A stretch of 64,000 nt of DNA from assembly GCA_044226625.1 (NCBI GenBank), contig JBGAGQ010000030.1, forward strand, positions 1-64,000, written 5' to 3'. This DNA is from Thermoanaerobaculia bacterium (GTDB lineage Bacteria > Acidobacteriota > Thermoanaerobaculia > Multivoradales > UBA5704). A program made the translations under genes and the position numbers. Under the pieces are notes generated by a model. That model was not told where the DNA came from. It made no database searches and saw only the letters and a program-made list of their open reading frames with translations. This document shows positions 55,292-63,583 of the stretch, one piece after another (positions within the stretch are counted from its first letter, which is position 1; each line of letters begins with the position of its first letter).

Positions 55292-55945
55292 ATGGTCCGA
55301 CCCATTACCCTCTTCATGCCCCGACTTTTCGCGCGCCCCGTCGCCCGCCGTCTACTCGCCTGCGCTCTCCTCAGCCTCCTGCTCGCCAGCCCCGGATTCG
55401 CCGCGAAACGCCCGAGCAAGAAGCCGGCCGATAAATCCTCGGCAAAGCCACCCGTCGAGGCCGCCGCTCCGGCCCCCGAGGTCGAACCGTATGTCCCCGT
55501 TCCGGTCGATCCCAACCTGCCGTCCGTGATCTCGATCACGCCGCATTCTTCGAGCGAGGAGCGGCAGGTCGAAGCGCTGCGACAAGAGGACCTTCGCCGC
55601 ACCCTCGCGCCGCGCGCCGAGGCGTGGAGCCGCGCCTTTCGAACCGAAGGCGCCCCGTTCGCCCGTTTCCTCGCCGAGTCCCTCCACACGCTGAAGACCG
55701 CGATCGGCCGCGGCTCTCGGAATGTTTGCTACCCCCTGAGCGTCGCGACCGAGCGGCTCGCCACGGCCCTCCCCGAAGCGCCGGAAGGCGCGCTCGAACG
55801 GGACGTGCGGACCGCACTCGCCCGAGTAGCCCGCGGCGCGCGGCTTTGCCTGGAAGGGCGCCCGACCACCGCGCAGACGGAGATCCGAACCGGCGCAGAG
55901 GTCCTCCTGCGCGCGGCGGAGGCGATCTCGAATTGGGGGCGGTGA
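55292..55945 (+). CDS. Exported hypothetical protein
   Basis: RBS GAGGAG; signal-like LLACALLSLLLASPGFA; start uncertain (55292 or 55316). Confidence 0.6.
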   Translation: MVRPITLFMPRLFARPVARRLLACALLSLLLASPGFAAKRPSKKPADKSSAKPPVEAAAPAPEVEPYVPVPVDPNLPSVISITPHSSSEERQVEALRQEDLRRTLAPRAEAWSRAFRTEGAPFARFLAESLHTLKTAIGRGSRNVCYPLSVATERLATALPEAPEGALERDVRTALARVARGARLCLEGRPTTAQTEIRTGAEVLLRAAEAISNWGR

Positions 55946-55989
55946 GGGGGCGAAGGCGGCCCCGGCAATGAACTTCGGCTCCTGGGCTT

Positions 55990-56085
55990 CTGGGTTCGCG
56001 AGGCTCTAGCCTGGCACTCTTGCTTACGGCGTTACGGCTCGGCCTGCGAAGCCCCCGTTGCCCGGCTGGAGCCTGGCGAGCCCAG
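55990..56085. repeat. REPIN-like inverted doublet
   Basis: CTGGGTTCGCGAGGCTCTAGCCTGGC (55990-56015) against GCCCGGCTGGAGCCTGGCGAGCCCAG (56060-56085), 22/26 complementary; its spacer and right arm resemble the copies at 57169 and 57286. Confidence 0.6.
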
Positions 56086-56102
56086 GAACAACAGGGGGCG
56101 GC

Positions 56103-57116
56103 TTAGGAAATCCGCCGCAACGTCGCCACGGCCAGCACCGTCATCGCTAGTGTCAGAACGAAGAGCCCGGCGCCGCCCAACGCCGGGACGTCCACGGGCA
56201 CACCGCGGCCGTCAAGGAAATCCGTATCGGTCGACGTGTCGTTGTCCGGAACGTTGTCCTCCACCAGGACGTCGACCCCGGTATCGACCGTCGCCGTGTT
56301 GATCAACGTTCCGGTGGCGCTCGAAGAGACGCGGCAAATCGCGGAGTAGGTCACCGACCCGCCCGCCGGCAGGTCGGCTCGCTGATCGATCGCGCCGACT
56401 CCCGTCGCTTGGCCGCAGGTCCCTCCCTTCGACCCTGAGCAGGTCCATCCGACATAGCTGCACGCCGCAGGAAAAGAGTCCCGAACGATAGAGCGCGGTC
56501 CGTCGCTCGCGCCTTCGTTGGCCGCGACGATCGTATAGGTGACGGTACCGCCCGGCTGGACGCCGAAGACGCCGTCGGTCACCGTGACCGCCAGATCCGC
56601 GATTGGCGTGAAGGTAACGTAAGACATCGCGGTGTTGTTTTGGGGAACCGGATCGGCGACCGCGGACGTTACCGTGGCGGTGCTGAACATCGAGCCGAAC
56701 GGCGTCGACGAAGGAAGGTCGCAGGTGACCCGGTACGACACCGAACCGCCGGGAGGAAGGCCGACCGACGTGTCGAAGATGGCGCCCTCTCCGGCGGCGG
56801 TACAGATCCCTCCGTTCACGCCTGCGCAAGTCCACGTGATCGCCGAGCAGGCGCTAGGAAACGAAAGGCTCACGGCAACCGTCGCCGAACTTACCGGGGA
56901 ACCCGACGGATCGTTCCGAGCCGTGACGTCGAAGTGCGTCGGAAGGCCCGGCCTAGCGAAGGTCTCGCTGACGTTGGTGATCGACAGGTCGGCCGAGGCA
57001 CCGAGTGTCGCGAAGGCAGGCGCGAGCGGACCGAATGCGAGCACCAAGACGGCGAATCCTCGAACCCGGGCCGAGCGGAGGTGAGCCTTCGCGGGTTGGT
57101 TTAAGAAGGAATACAT
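56103..57116 (-). CDS. Exported tandem DUF11-domain protein with IPTL-CTERM-like C-terminal anchor
   Basis: Two ADL(S/A)(I/V)T...WTC...GG.C...LP.GGSV.Y...C...P.N.T repeats; tail VPALGGAGLFVLTLAMTVLAVATLRR. Confidence 0.82.
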   Translation of the reverse strand: MYSFLNQPAKAHLRSARVRGFAVLVLAFGPLAPAFATLGASADLSITNVSETFARPGLPTHFDVTARNDPSGSPVSSATVAVSLSFPSACSAITWTCAGVNGGICTAAGEGAIFDTSVGLPPGGSVSYRVTCDLPSSTPFGSMFSTATVTSAVADPVPQNNTAMSYVTFTPIADLAVTVTDGVFGVQPGGTVTYTIVAANEGASDGPRSIVRDSFPAACSYVGWTCSGSKGGTCGQATGVGAIDQRADLPAGGSVTYSAICRVSSSATGTLINTATVDTGVDVLVEDNVPDNDTSTDTDFLDGRGVPVDVPALGGAGLFVLTLAMTVLAVATLRRIS

Positions 57117-57168
57117 TCGTAAATTCTAGCTGAGCGGGGCTTCGGCCGCCGGCGGCCCCAGGGGGCAG

Positions 57169-57367
57169 GGGCTGGACGGTGTTGCCCACAGCGTTACGGC
57201 TCGGCCGGCGAAGCCCCTGTTGCCGAGCTGGTGCTCGGCGGTCCCAGGAAAGCCTCCGAGTCTTCGAGCTCCCCCAACCGCCGCCGGGCTGGACGGTGTT
57301 GCCTTCGGCGTTATGGCTCGGGCGGCGAAGCCCCCGTTTGCCGAGCTGGTGCTCGGCGGTCCCAGGA
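57169..57367. repeat. Two ~80-bp structured direct repeats (period 117 bp)
   Basis: GGGCTGGACGGTGTTGCC..GCGTTAyGGCTCGGsCGGCGAAGCCCC..TTGCCGAGCTGGTGCTCGGCGGTCCCAGGA at 57169-57249 and 57286-57367. Confidence 0.85.
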
Positions 57368-57424
57368 GGACCTCCGCGTGATCGAGACTCTCTGGCCCCC
57401 CGCGCGGAGCACCCTACACCGGGA

Positions 57425-57538
57425 GGGTCCGAGAAAACGATAGTTTTCGGGAAACTTTTCTCTTTCCGCTTCCCAGGGGCCGACCGGGGCGAGCGAGAAA
57501 AAAGAAAGCTCGCCAAAAACTATCGTTTTCTCGGACCC
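57425..57538. repeat. Long AT-rich inverted repeat
   Basis: GGGTCCGAGAAAACGATAGTTTT (57425-57447) / AAAACTATCGTTTTCTCGGACCC (57516-57538), perfect 23 bp, with further imperfect inner pairing. Confidence 0.85.
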
Positions 57539-57604
57539 CTCTGGGGTAAGGTGACGGAGTTCCCGCCGCCCGTTTCGCCCAGAGTCCATCTGTTCGGCAT
57601 CCGA

Positions 57605-57898
57605 GCACCGCTGATCTCGACGCGATCACCCGTGGTTCCGGCCGGATCACCGGTGTTCGAGTCCGAATCACCAGGGTTCGGGACGGGAACACCACTGGTC
57701 CCGCCGAAATCACCACCGATACAGTCCAAAACACCGGTGTTCGGGACGAGATCACCACTGGTCCAGACCAGACCACCCGTGATCCGGTCCGCACCACCGG
57801 TATCCGGGACGAGAACACCACGGGCCCAGACTGGTCCACTACCGATCGGGGCCGGATCACCCCTTTTCCCGACAGGTTCACCGGTTGCGGCATAGGAG
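57605..57898. repeat. Degenerate 21-bp tandem array (about 14 units)
   Basis: nCACC (once nCACT) recurs at exact 21-bp period (57605, 57626, 57647 ... 57878); consensus approximately TCACCvsTGTTCsGGACGAGA. Confidence 0.8.
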
Positions 57899-57908
57899 TC
57901 GCCGCCCT

Positions 57909-59735
57909 CTAACCGCCCCGCTTCGCCTCCAGCTCGGCCCAGCGGGCGTAGAGGCGATCGACTTCGGCACGGGCTCGGTCGAGGGCTAGGCAGCGGGCGG
58001 CAAGCTCCGCCGCGTCCGTGGCTATTGCGGGATCGGCGACCGCCTGCTCGGAGCGCTGGAGCGCCTCGTCCGCCGCGAGAATGTCGTCCTCGATGCGATC
58101 CCACTCCTTCTGCTCGGCGTAGGTCAGGCGCTTTCCGGCGGGCTTGGGGGAAGCGGGGGCGGGGGCGGCCGGAGCGGGTTTGTCTGCGACCGGCTTCTGG
58201 GGCTCGATCTCGTCCTTCTGGCCCTGCCACTGGGCGACGTCGGCGAACGTCCGCACGCCCCCTCGGCCGTCGAGCGCGAGGATCTCGGTCGAAACGCGGT
58301 CGAGCAGGTAGCGGTCGTGGGTCACGAGCACGAGGCCGCCGGGGAATTCGAGCAGGCTCTCTTCGAGCACCTCGAGCGTCGGGATGTCGAGATCGTTCGT
58401 CGGCTCGTCGAGGATCAGGAGGTCGGCCGGGCGGAGCATCAGACGGGCGATCAAGATGCGCGCCTGCTCCCCTCCCGAGAGGCGGGAAACCGGCGTTTCC
58501 AGCTGCTCGTTCCGAAACAGGAAGCGCTTCGCCCAGGCGGCGACGTGGACCTCGCGCCCTTGGTGGACGACCGAGTCCCCCTCCGGCGCGAGCGCGCGGC
58601 GGAGGGTCTGGGTCTTGTCGAGGGTCTCTCGGCTCTGCTCGAAGAGGACGGTTTTGAGGAACGGGGCGCGCTCGATCGTCCCCGCTTCGGGCTCGTAGAG
58701 ACCGGCCAAGAGAGAGAGGAGCGTCGTCTTGCCGCTGCCGTTCGGCCCGAGCAGGCCGAGGCGGGAGCCGGGGCGGATCAGGAGGTCGACGCCGGCGAGG
58801 ATCGTCCGGTCGCCGAACCGCTTCGCGATCCCCTTCGCTTCGAGCAGGCGCTTGGTCTTCCGGCCGGAGCCGGCGAAATCGACGTTCGCCGTGGCTTCAC
58901 CTTGCGAGCGCTGCTCCATCTCGGAGAGCTCGCCGAGCAGGCGGTGGGCCTCGTCGATGCGCGACTTCGATTTCGTGGTCCGCGCCTTCGGGCCGCGGCG
59001 CAGCCATTCGAGCTCCCGCCGCGCGCGGTTGGCGAGCGACTCCTGGTATTCGGCCTGCGCCTGGCGCACCTCGTCGCGCTTTTCGAGCAGATCGGAGTAC
59101 GTCCCCTCGACCTGGAGCATCCCCTCGGCGTAGACCCGATCGAGCTCGATCATCCGCCGCGCCACGTTTTCCAGGAAATAACGGTCGTGGCTCGCGACCA
59201 CGAACGCGCGCGGCTCGGTGGTGAGGATCGCCTCCAGCTCCAGGATTCCCTCGAGGTCGAGATGGTTCGTCGGCTCGTCGAGGAGCAGCACGTCCGGCTC
59301 GCGCACCAGCTCGCGGGCGATCGCAAGGCGCTTCTGCCAGCCGCCGGAGAGGGTGCCCACGCGCTGGGTCGGATCGGCGAATCCGAGGCGCCCGAGCGCG
59401 ACTGAGGCGCGCACGTGCTTCTCGTACTCTTCGAGCGGCAGCCCGGCGAGCGCTTCGACCAGCGTCTCCTCCGCCGAGCGATCGGCGTCGAAGAGAGGGT
59501 CCTGCGGCACGTAGCCCACCCGGACACCCTTCCGCACCGAGCGGATGCCGGAATCCGCCTCCTCGATTCCGGCAAGGATCTTCATCAACGTCGACTTGCC
59601 CGCGCCGTTCGGACCGACCAGCCCGACCCGATCCCCTTCGAACAGCCCGAACGAGAGGCCGGTAAACAACGGCCGGGCGCCGAACTGTTTGGCGATCGAG
59701 TCGCAGCTCAGGAGGACGGGGCGTGGAGCGCTCAT
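57909..59735 (-). CDS. uup: ABC-F family ATPase, Uup-like
   Basis: Two ABC domains (GPNGAGKST, GPNGSGKTT), ELEWLRRGPKARTTKSKSR linker, C-terminal KRLTYAEQKE...LYARWAELE. Confidence 0.9.
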   Translation of the reverse strand: MSAPRPVLLSCDSIAKQFGARPLFTGLSFGLFEGDRVGLVGPNGAGKSTLMKILAGIEEADSGIRSVRKGVRVGYVPQDPLFDADRSAEETLVEALAGLPLEEYEKHVRASVALGRLGFADPTQRVGTLSGGWQKRLAIARELVREPDVLLLDEPTNHLDLEGILELEAILTTEPRAFVVASHDRYFLENVARRMIELDRVYAEGMLQVEGTYSDLLEKRDEVRQAQAEYQESLANRARRELEWLRRGPKARTTKSKSRIDEAHRLLGELSEMEQRSQGEATANVDFAGSGRKTKRLLEAKGIAKRFGDRTILAGVDLLIRPGSRLGLLGPNGSGKTTLLSLLAGLYEPEAGTIERAPFLKTVLFEQSRETLDKTQTLRRALAPEGDSVVHQGREVHVAAWAKRFLFRNEQLETPVSRLSGGEQARILIARLMLRPADLLILDEPTNDLDIPTLEVLEESLLEFPGGLVLVTHDRYLLDRVSTEILALDGRGGVRTFADVAQWQGQKDEIEPQKPVADKPAPAAPAPASPKPAGKRLTYAEQKEWDRIEDDILAADEALQRSEQAVADPAIATDAAELAARCLALDRARAEVDRLYARWAELEAKRGG

Positions 59736-59928
59736 AGGTGCGGTGGCCTCTCTAGGCCAGAGGCCGCGAGGGAGGCGGAGTATAGCGGCGGCGGCGATCC
59801 CCAACGAGCGAGAGGTTACCGCCGGACGGCTCAGCCCATTTTCGCGCCCCTTGAAACGCGCAATGGCTTCGCTCTACAGTCGGCCCGACGCGGTCCGATG
59901 GGGGCCGTGCTCCGACGTGGAGGTCCGT

Positions 59929-60264
59929 ATGAGAAAGCTCGGTTCGATGGGCGCCATCCTGTTCCTACTGCTCGGAATTGTCAGCCTCGCCCGGCCGGCG
60001 GCGGCGCTACCTCCGTGCGAATGCGAGTTCTGCTCAGTAAGCCCCAACTCGTGGTGCTGGGCCGACGAGTTTGGCGGCTTCCGCTTCCGCTGCTACGAGT
60101 ACACCTCGCTCTACTGCTTCGCATCGAGCGCCTCGCCGGAATCGACCGAAAAGACCGCCACACCCAAAGTGGCCCAGCCGGCGCGCTTCACGCTCGACGA
60201 GCTGGTCGCGGTTCCATGGACCGACTTCGATCCGAATCGACCGATTCTCAAGCCCGGCTGTTGA
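59929..60264 (+). CDS. Small secreted Cys-rich protein (111 aa)
   Basis: RBS GGAGGT; signal peptide to PAAA; C-x-C-x2-C-x7-C-x11-C-x7-C. Confidence 0.7.
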   Translation: MRKLGSMGAILFLLLGIVSLARPAAALPPCECEFCSVSPNSWCWADEFGGFRFRCYEYTSLYCFASSASPESTEKTATPKVAQPARFTLDELVAVPWTDFDPNRPILKPGC

Positions 60265-60399
60265 GCGTTCGAGAGGCGCCCGGGCTATCGCTGGGGCGCC
60301 TCAGGCAGACCCTTCCTTCCCTCGCTGAAACGGTTGCCGAGTAGGAGCTTCCGGGACCGCCAGGTACTCGGCACTCGGGTTGCAACTCCCCGCCTCCCG

Positions 60400-61440
60400 A
60401 TGGCGGCTTTGACCTACGTATCCGATGCCGAGCCCGGATACCAACGAAACCGGCGCGGCACGGACTTCATCTATCTCGACGAAAACGGCCGCGAGCTGGC
60501 GGACGAGGAAACGCTCTCCCGTATCCAGTCACTCGCGATCCCTCCCGCTTGGGAAGGGGTCTGGATCTGCCCGTCGCCGCAAGGCCACATCCAGGCGACC
60601 GGGCGCGATGCCAAGGGGCGAAAGCAGTACCGCTACCACCCCGGATGGCATGAGGCGCAGGGACAGACGAAGTTCTCCCGCCTAGCCGAGTTCGGACGCG
60701 CGCTGCCGCGCCTGCGCCGCGCGGTGCGCTGCGATCTGCGCCGCTCAGGCCTGCCGCGCGAGAAGGTGCTCGCGACGGTGGTCCGGCTGCTCGATCTCAC
60801 GGGCGCGCGGATCGGCAACGAGGAGTACCGCAAAACGAACGGCTCGTTCGGCCTCACCACCCTGCGCAATCGGCACGCCGTGGCGAAACGGGGCGAGATC
60901 CGGCTCACGTTCAAGGCGAAAAGCGGAATCCTCCACGAGTCCTCGATCAAGAGCCCGCGGCTCGCCCGCGTGGTGCGGCAGTGCCAGGACCTCCCGGGAC
61001 AGCAGCTGTTCCAGTACGTGGACGAGGAGGGAGTTCGGCATTCGGTCACCTCGACCGATGTGAACGAGTACCTACGCGAGATCACCGGCGTCGAATGCTC
61101 GGCGAAGGATTTCCGCACCTGGCGTGGGAGCGTCGACGCGCTGGTCGCCCTTACGGAGCTCGACGAGGAGGCGCAGGCGAGCCCGGACAAGTCGATCGTC
61201 GCGGTCGTCGACCGGGTCGCCAAGCATCTCGGCAATACCCGCGCCGTCTGCCGCAAGCATTACATCCATCCCGCCCTGTTCGAATCGTTCACGGCCGGAA
61301 CGCTTCTCGAGCGCCTCGCGCGGAGCAAACCCAAGGTACGGCGCGATTCGACCCAAGGGGAACAGCGGCTCTTGGCGTTTTTGAGGAAGGGGCCGAAGAA
61401 GACGGGGGCAACGCCCCGCGTTCGCTCTGTCGTCCGATAA
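60400..61440 (+). CDS. DNA topoisomerase IB (bacterial, poxvirus-like)
   Basis: IPPAW..VWIC, HIQATGRDAKGRKQYRYH, RIGNEEY, FKAKSG, KDFRTW, LGNTRAVCRKHYIHP. Confidence 0.94.
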   Translation: MAALTYVSDAEPGYQRNRRGTDFIYLDENGRELADEETLSRIQSLAIPPAWEGVWICPSPQGHIQATGRDAKGRKQYRYHPGWHEAQGQTKFSRLAEFGRALPRLRRAVRCDLRRSGLPREKVLATVVRLLDLTGARIGNEEYRKTNGSFGLTTLRNRHAVAKRGEIRLTFKAKSGILHESSIKSPRLARVVRQCQDLPGQQLFQYVDEEGVRHSVTSTDVNEYLREITGVECSAKDFRTWRGSVDALVALTELDEEAQASPDKSIVAVVDRVAKHLGNTRAVCRKHYIHPALFESFTAGTLLERLARSKPKVRRDSTQGEQRLLAFLRKGPKKTGATPRVRSVVR

Positions 61441-61449
61441 ACTGACTTC

Positions 61450-61908
61450 GTGCCCTACCGTCGAACCTATCGCGTCCAATGGGCCGACCTGGATGCGATC
61501 GGCCACCTGCGCAACTCGGCGTATCTCGATTACGCGGTCGACACGCGGTTCGCCTGCCTTGCCGACCACGGTTTTTCCGCCTCGGATTTCGCCGCCGCGG
61601 GAATTGGTCCGGTGGTGCTGCTCGACGAGATGCGCTACCGCCGCGAGCTACGGTTCCAGGAGGAATTCTCCGTCACCGTCGAGCTCGCCGGCCTTTCCGC
61701 GGACAGCACGCGGATGCGCCTCCACAACCGCTTCTATCGAGCCGACGGAAAGTTCGCCGCCTCCCTTACGTCCGAGGGAATCTGGTTCCACCTCACGGAG
61801 CGCCGACGGATCGTGCCGCCCCAGAAACTGCTCGCGGCGCTGCGCGGCATGGATCGCACGAACGATTTCGCCGAGATCCTCGGACCGCCGGAGATGCCCG
61901 AGGGGTAG
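61450..61908 (+). CDS. Acyl-CoA thioesterase (4HBT/YbgC hotdog fold)
   Basis: VQWADLDAIGHLRNSAY, GIGPV, YRREL. Confidence 0.88.
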   Translation: MPYRRTYRVQWADLDAIGHLRNSAYLDYAVDTRFACLADHGFSASDFAAAGIGPVVLLDEMRYRRELRFQEEFSVTVELAGLSADSTRMRLHNRFYRADGKFAASLTSEGIWFHLTERRRIVPPQKLLAALRGMDRTNDFAEILGPPEMPEG

Positions 61909-61950
61909 TCGTCCCCCCGGCGGAGTCGGGCGACTCTCCCGGAGCCCGAA

Positions 61951-62607
61951 TCACTTGTCGATCAACAGCGCCTCGATCTTCCCCTCAACCTCTTCATAAG
62001 GGGGAAGGCCGCGGATCGTCTCGAGCACTTCGACCTTTGTGCCGCCGGGGATGCGCCGCGCCAGCAGGTAGGCCGGCGTCCCCGAGATGCCCAGGGAGTG
62101 CGCGGTGCGGACGTCGGAAGAGATCGAACCCCGGTTCTTGCCGCCGGCCATGCACTTCTGGAAGGCCGGCACGTCCAAGCCGGCCTGCTCCGCGTGCCCG
62201 TCCAGGCGATCCGCGCCCAATGCCCGCTGATTCGCGAACAGGACGTTGTGCATCTCCCAGTACTTCCCCTGCTCCTTGGCGCACGCCGCGGCCTGGGCGG
62301 ACTTCAGAGCGTCGGGATGCATCTGCAGCGGTAGGTCGAGATGAAGGAGCTCGACCTTGCCCGAACGCACGTACTTCTCGACGATCTTGGGCAGCAGCTC
62401 TCGCGCGCCCTCGCCGCAGTAGGGACACTGGAAGTCCCCGACCTCGACGAACACGAGCGATGGCGTCCCCTCCTTATAGGAAGGAAAGTCCCGCACGTCG
62501 ATCTTCGGCCCTTTCATCGCGGACGCGGGGACGGCGAGGCTGAGGACCAAGAGCGCGAAGTGGGAACGAAGTTTGGAGCAAGGGCTGCGGAGCGAAAGAC
62601 TGAGCAT
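61951..62607 (-). CDS. DsbA-family thioredoxin-fold protein
   Basis: DFQCPYC, LPLQMHPDA, CAKEQGKYWEMH, GISGTP; start uncertain. Confidence 0.88.
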   Translation of the reverse strand: MLSLSLRSPCSKLRSHFALLVLSLAVPASAMKGPKIDVRDFPSYKEGTPSLVFVEVGDFQCPYCGEGARELLPKIVEKYVRSGKVELLHLDLPLQMHPDALKSAQAAACAKEQGKYWEMHNVLFANQRALGADRLDGHAEQAGLDVPAFQKCMAGGKNRGSISSDVRTAHSLGISGTPAYLLARRIPGGTKVEVLETIRGLPPYEEVEGKIEALLIDK

Positions 62608-62718
62608 GAGTTTGCCTCTCGTTCAGAATCTCTGCGAAGGCAAAGATTTTAACATGCCGCTCGGATCGAGCCCGCACCATCGTCCCCCGGCAGCCCGGCG
62701 CCGCAACGCCGCCCGCGC

Positions 62719-62751
62719 TTGCCGACCCCTCCTCGATCCTTTAAGCTTCAA
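62719..62751 (+). promoter_or_regulatory. Sigma70 promoter with overlapping palindrome (candidate MarR operator)
   Basis: TTGCCG-N17-TAAGCT; near-palindrome TTTAAGCTTCAA (62740-62751) covers the -10. Confidence 0.55.
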
Positions 62752-62791
62752 ATGTCTCGGCTCTCACATCCCGACGAAAGGCGGCGTACTC

Positions 62792-63583
62792 ATGGCCATC
62801 GCGGAGTCTTCCACCCGGTCGCTAGGCGGGCGGCATGCATTGGTAACCGGGGCGTCGCGCGGGATCGGCGCGGCGATCGCTCGCGGGCTTTCTTCCGAAG
62901 GTGTGCGGGTGACGCTGCTCGGGCGGGACGAGGCCGCTCTCGCCGCGGAGGTTGCGGCGGGTACGGGCGAGGGCTTTTTGACGGCGGACGTGACGGACGC
63001 CGCGGCGCTCGTCGGGGCGCTCGAAGCGGCGATTGCCGAGCGCGGTCCGATCGAGATTTTGGTCAACAACGCGGGGACCGCCTCGACCGCGCCGTTCCTC
63101 AGAACCGACCCCTCGGTTTTCGAGCGGATGTTCGCCGTCCACGTGATGGCCGCCGTCCACACGTCGAAATTTGTCTTGCCAGGAATGCTCGCGGCCGGTT
63201 TCGGCCGGATCGTCAACGTCGGCTCGACCGCCTCGCTCAAGGGCGCCCGCTACATCGCGGCGTACGCCGCGGCGAAGCACGCCCTGCTCGGGCTCACCCG
63301 AACGCTCGCGCTCGAAACCGCGAAAACGGGCGTGACGGTGAACGCCGTCTGCCCCGGCTACACCGAGACCGACATGGTGCGCGGCTCGCTCGAAAAGACG
63401 ATGGCGAAGACCGGCCGGCCGTACGACGAGTTGCTCGGCGAGATCCTGGCCGACAATCCCCTCGGGCGGTTGGTGAAAACCGAGGAGGTCGCGGCCGCCG
63501 TGCTCTGGCTATGCGGCGCGGCCGCCGCCTCGGTCACCGGCCAGGCGATCGCAATCGACGGCGGGGAGACGGCGGGCCGATGA
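62792..63583 (+). CDS. SDR family oxidoreductase
   Basis: TGASRGIG, NNAG, YAAAKH, VNAVCPG. Confidence 0.93.
   Translation: MAIAESSTRSLGGRHALVTGASRGIGAAIARGLSSEGVRVTLLGRDEAALAAEVAAGTGEGFLTADVTDAAALVGALEAAIAERGPIEILVNNAGTASTAPFLRTDPSVFERMFAVHVMAAVHTSKFVLPGMLAAGFGRIVNVGSTASLKGARYIAAYAAAKHALLGLTRTLALETAKTGVTVNAVCPGYTETDMVRGSLEKTMAKTGRPYDELLGEILADNPLGRLVKTEEVAAAVLWLCGAAAASVTGQAIAIDGGETAGR

Noticed and set aside
56020-57320. Integron attC sites flanking the DUF11 gene (GCGTTAyGG resembles an R' box)
   Set aside because: No properly spaced complementary R''/L boxes, the candidate span is too short, and there is no integron integrase in the window.
57169-57898. CRISPR array interpretation of the repeats
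   Set aside because: The 21-bp units are contiguous and degenerate with no unique spacers; the 80-bp unit has only two adjacent copies; no cas genes in the window.
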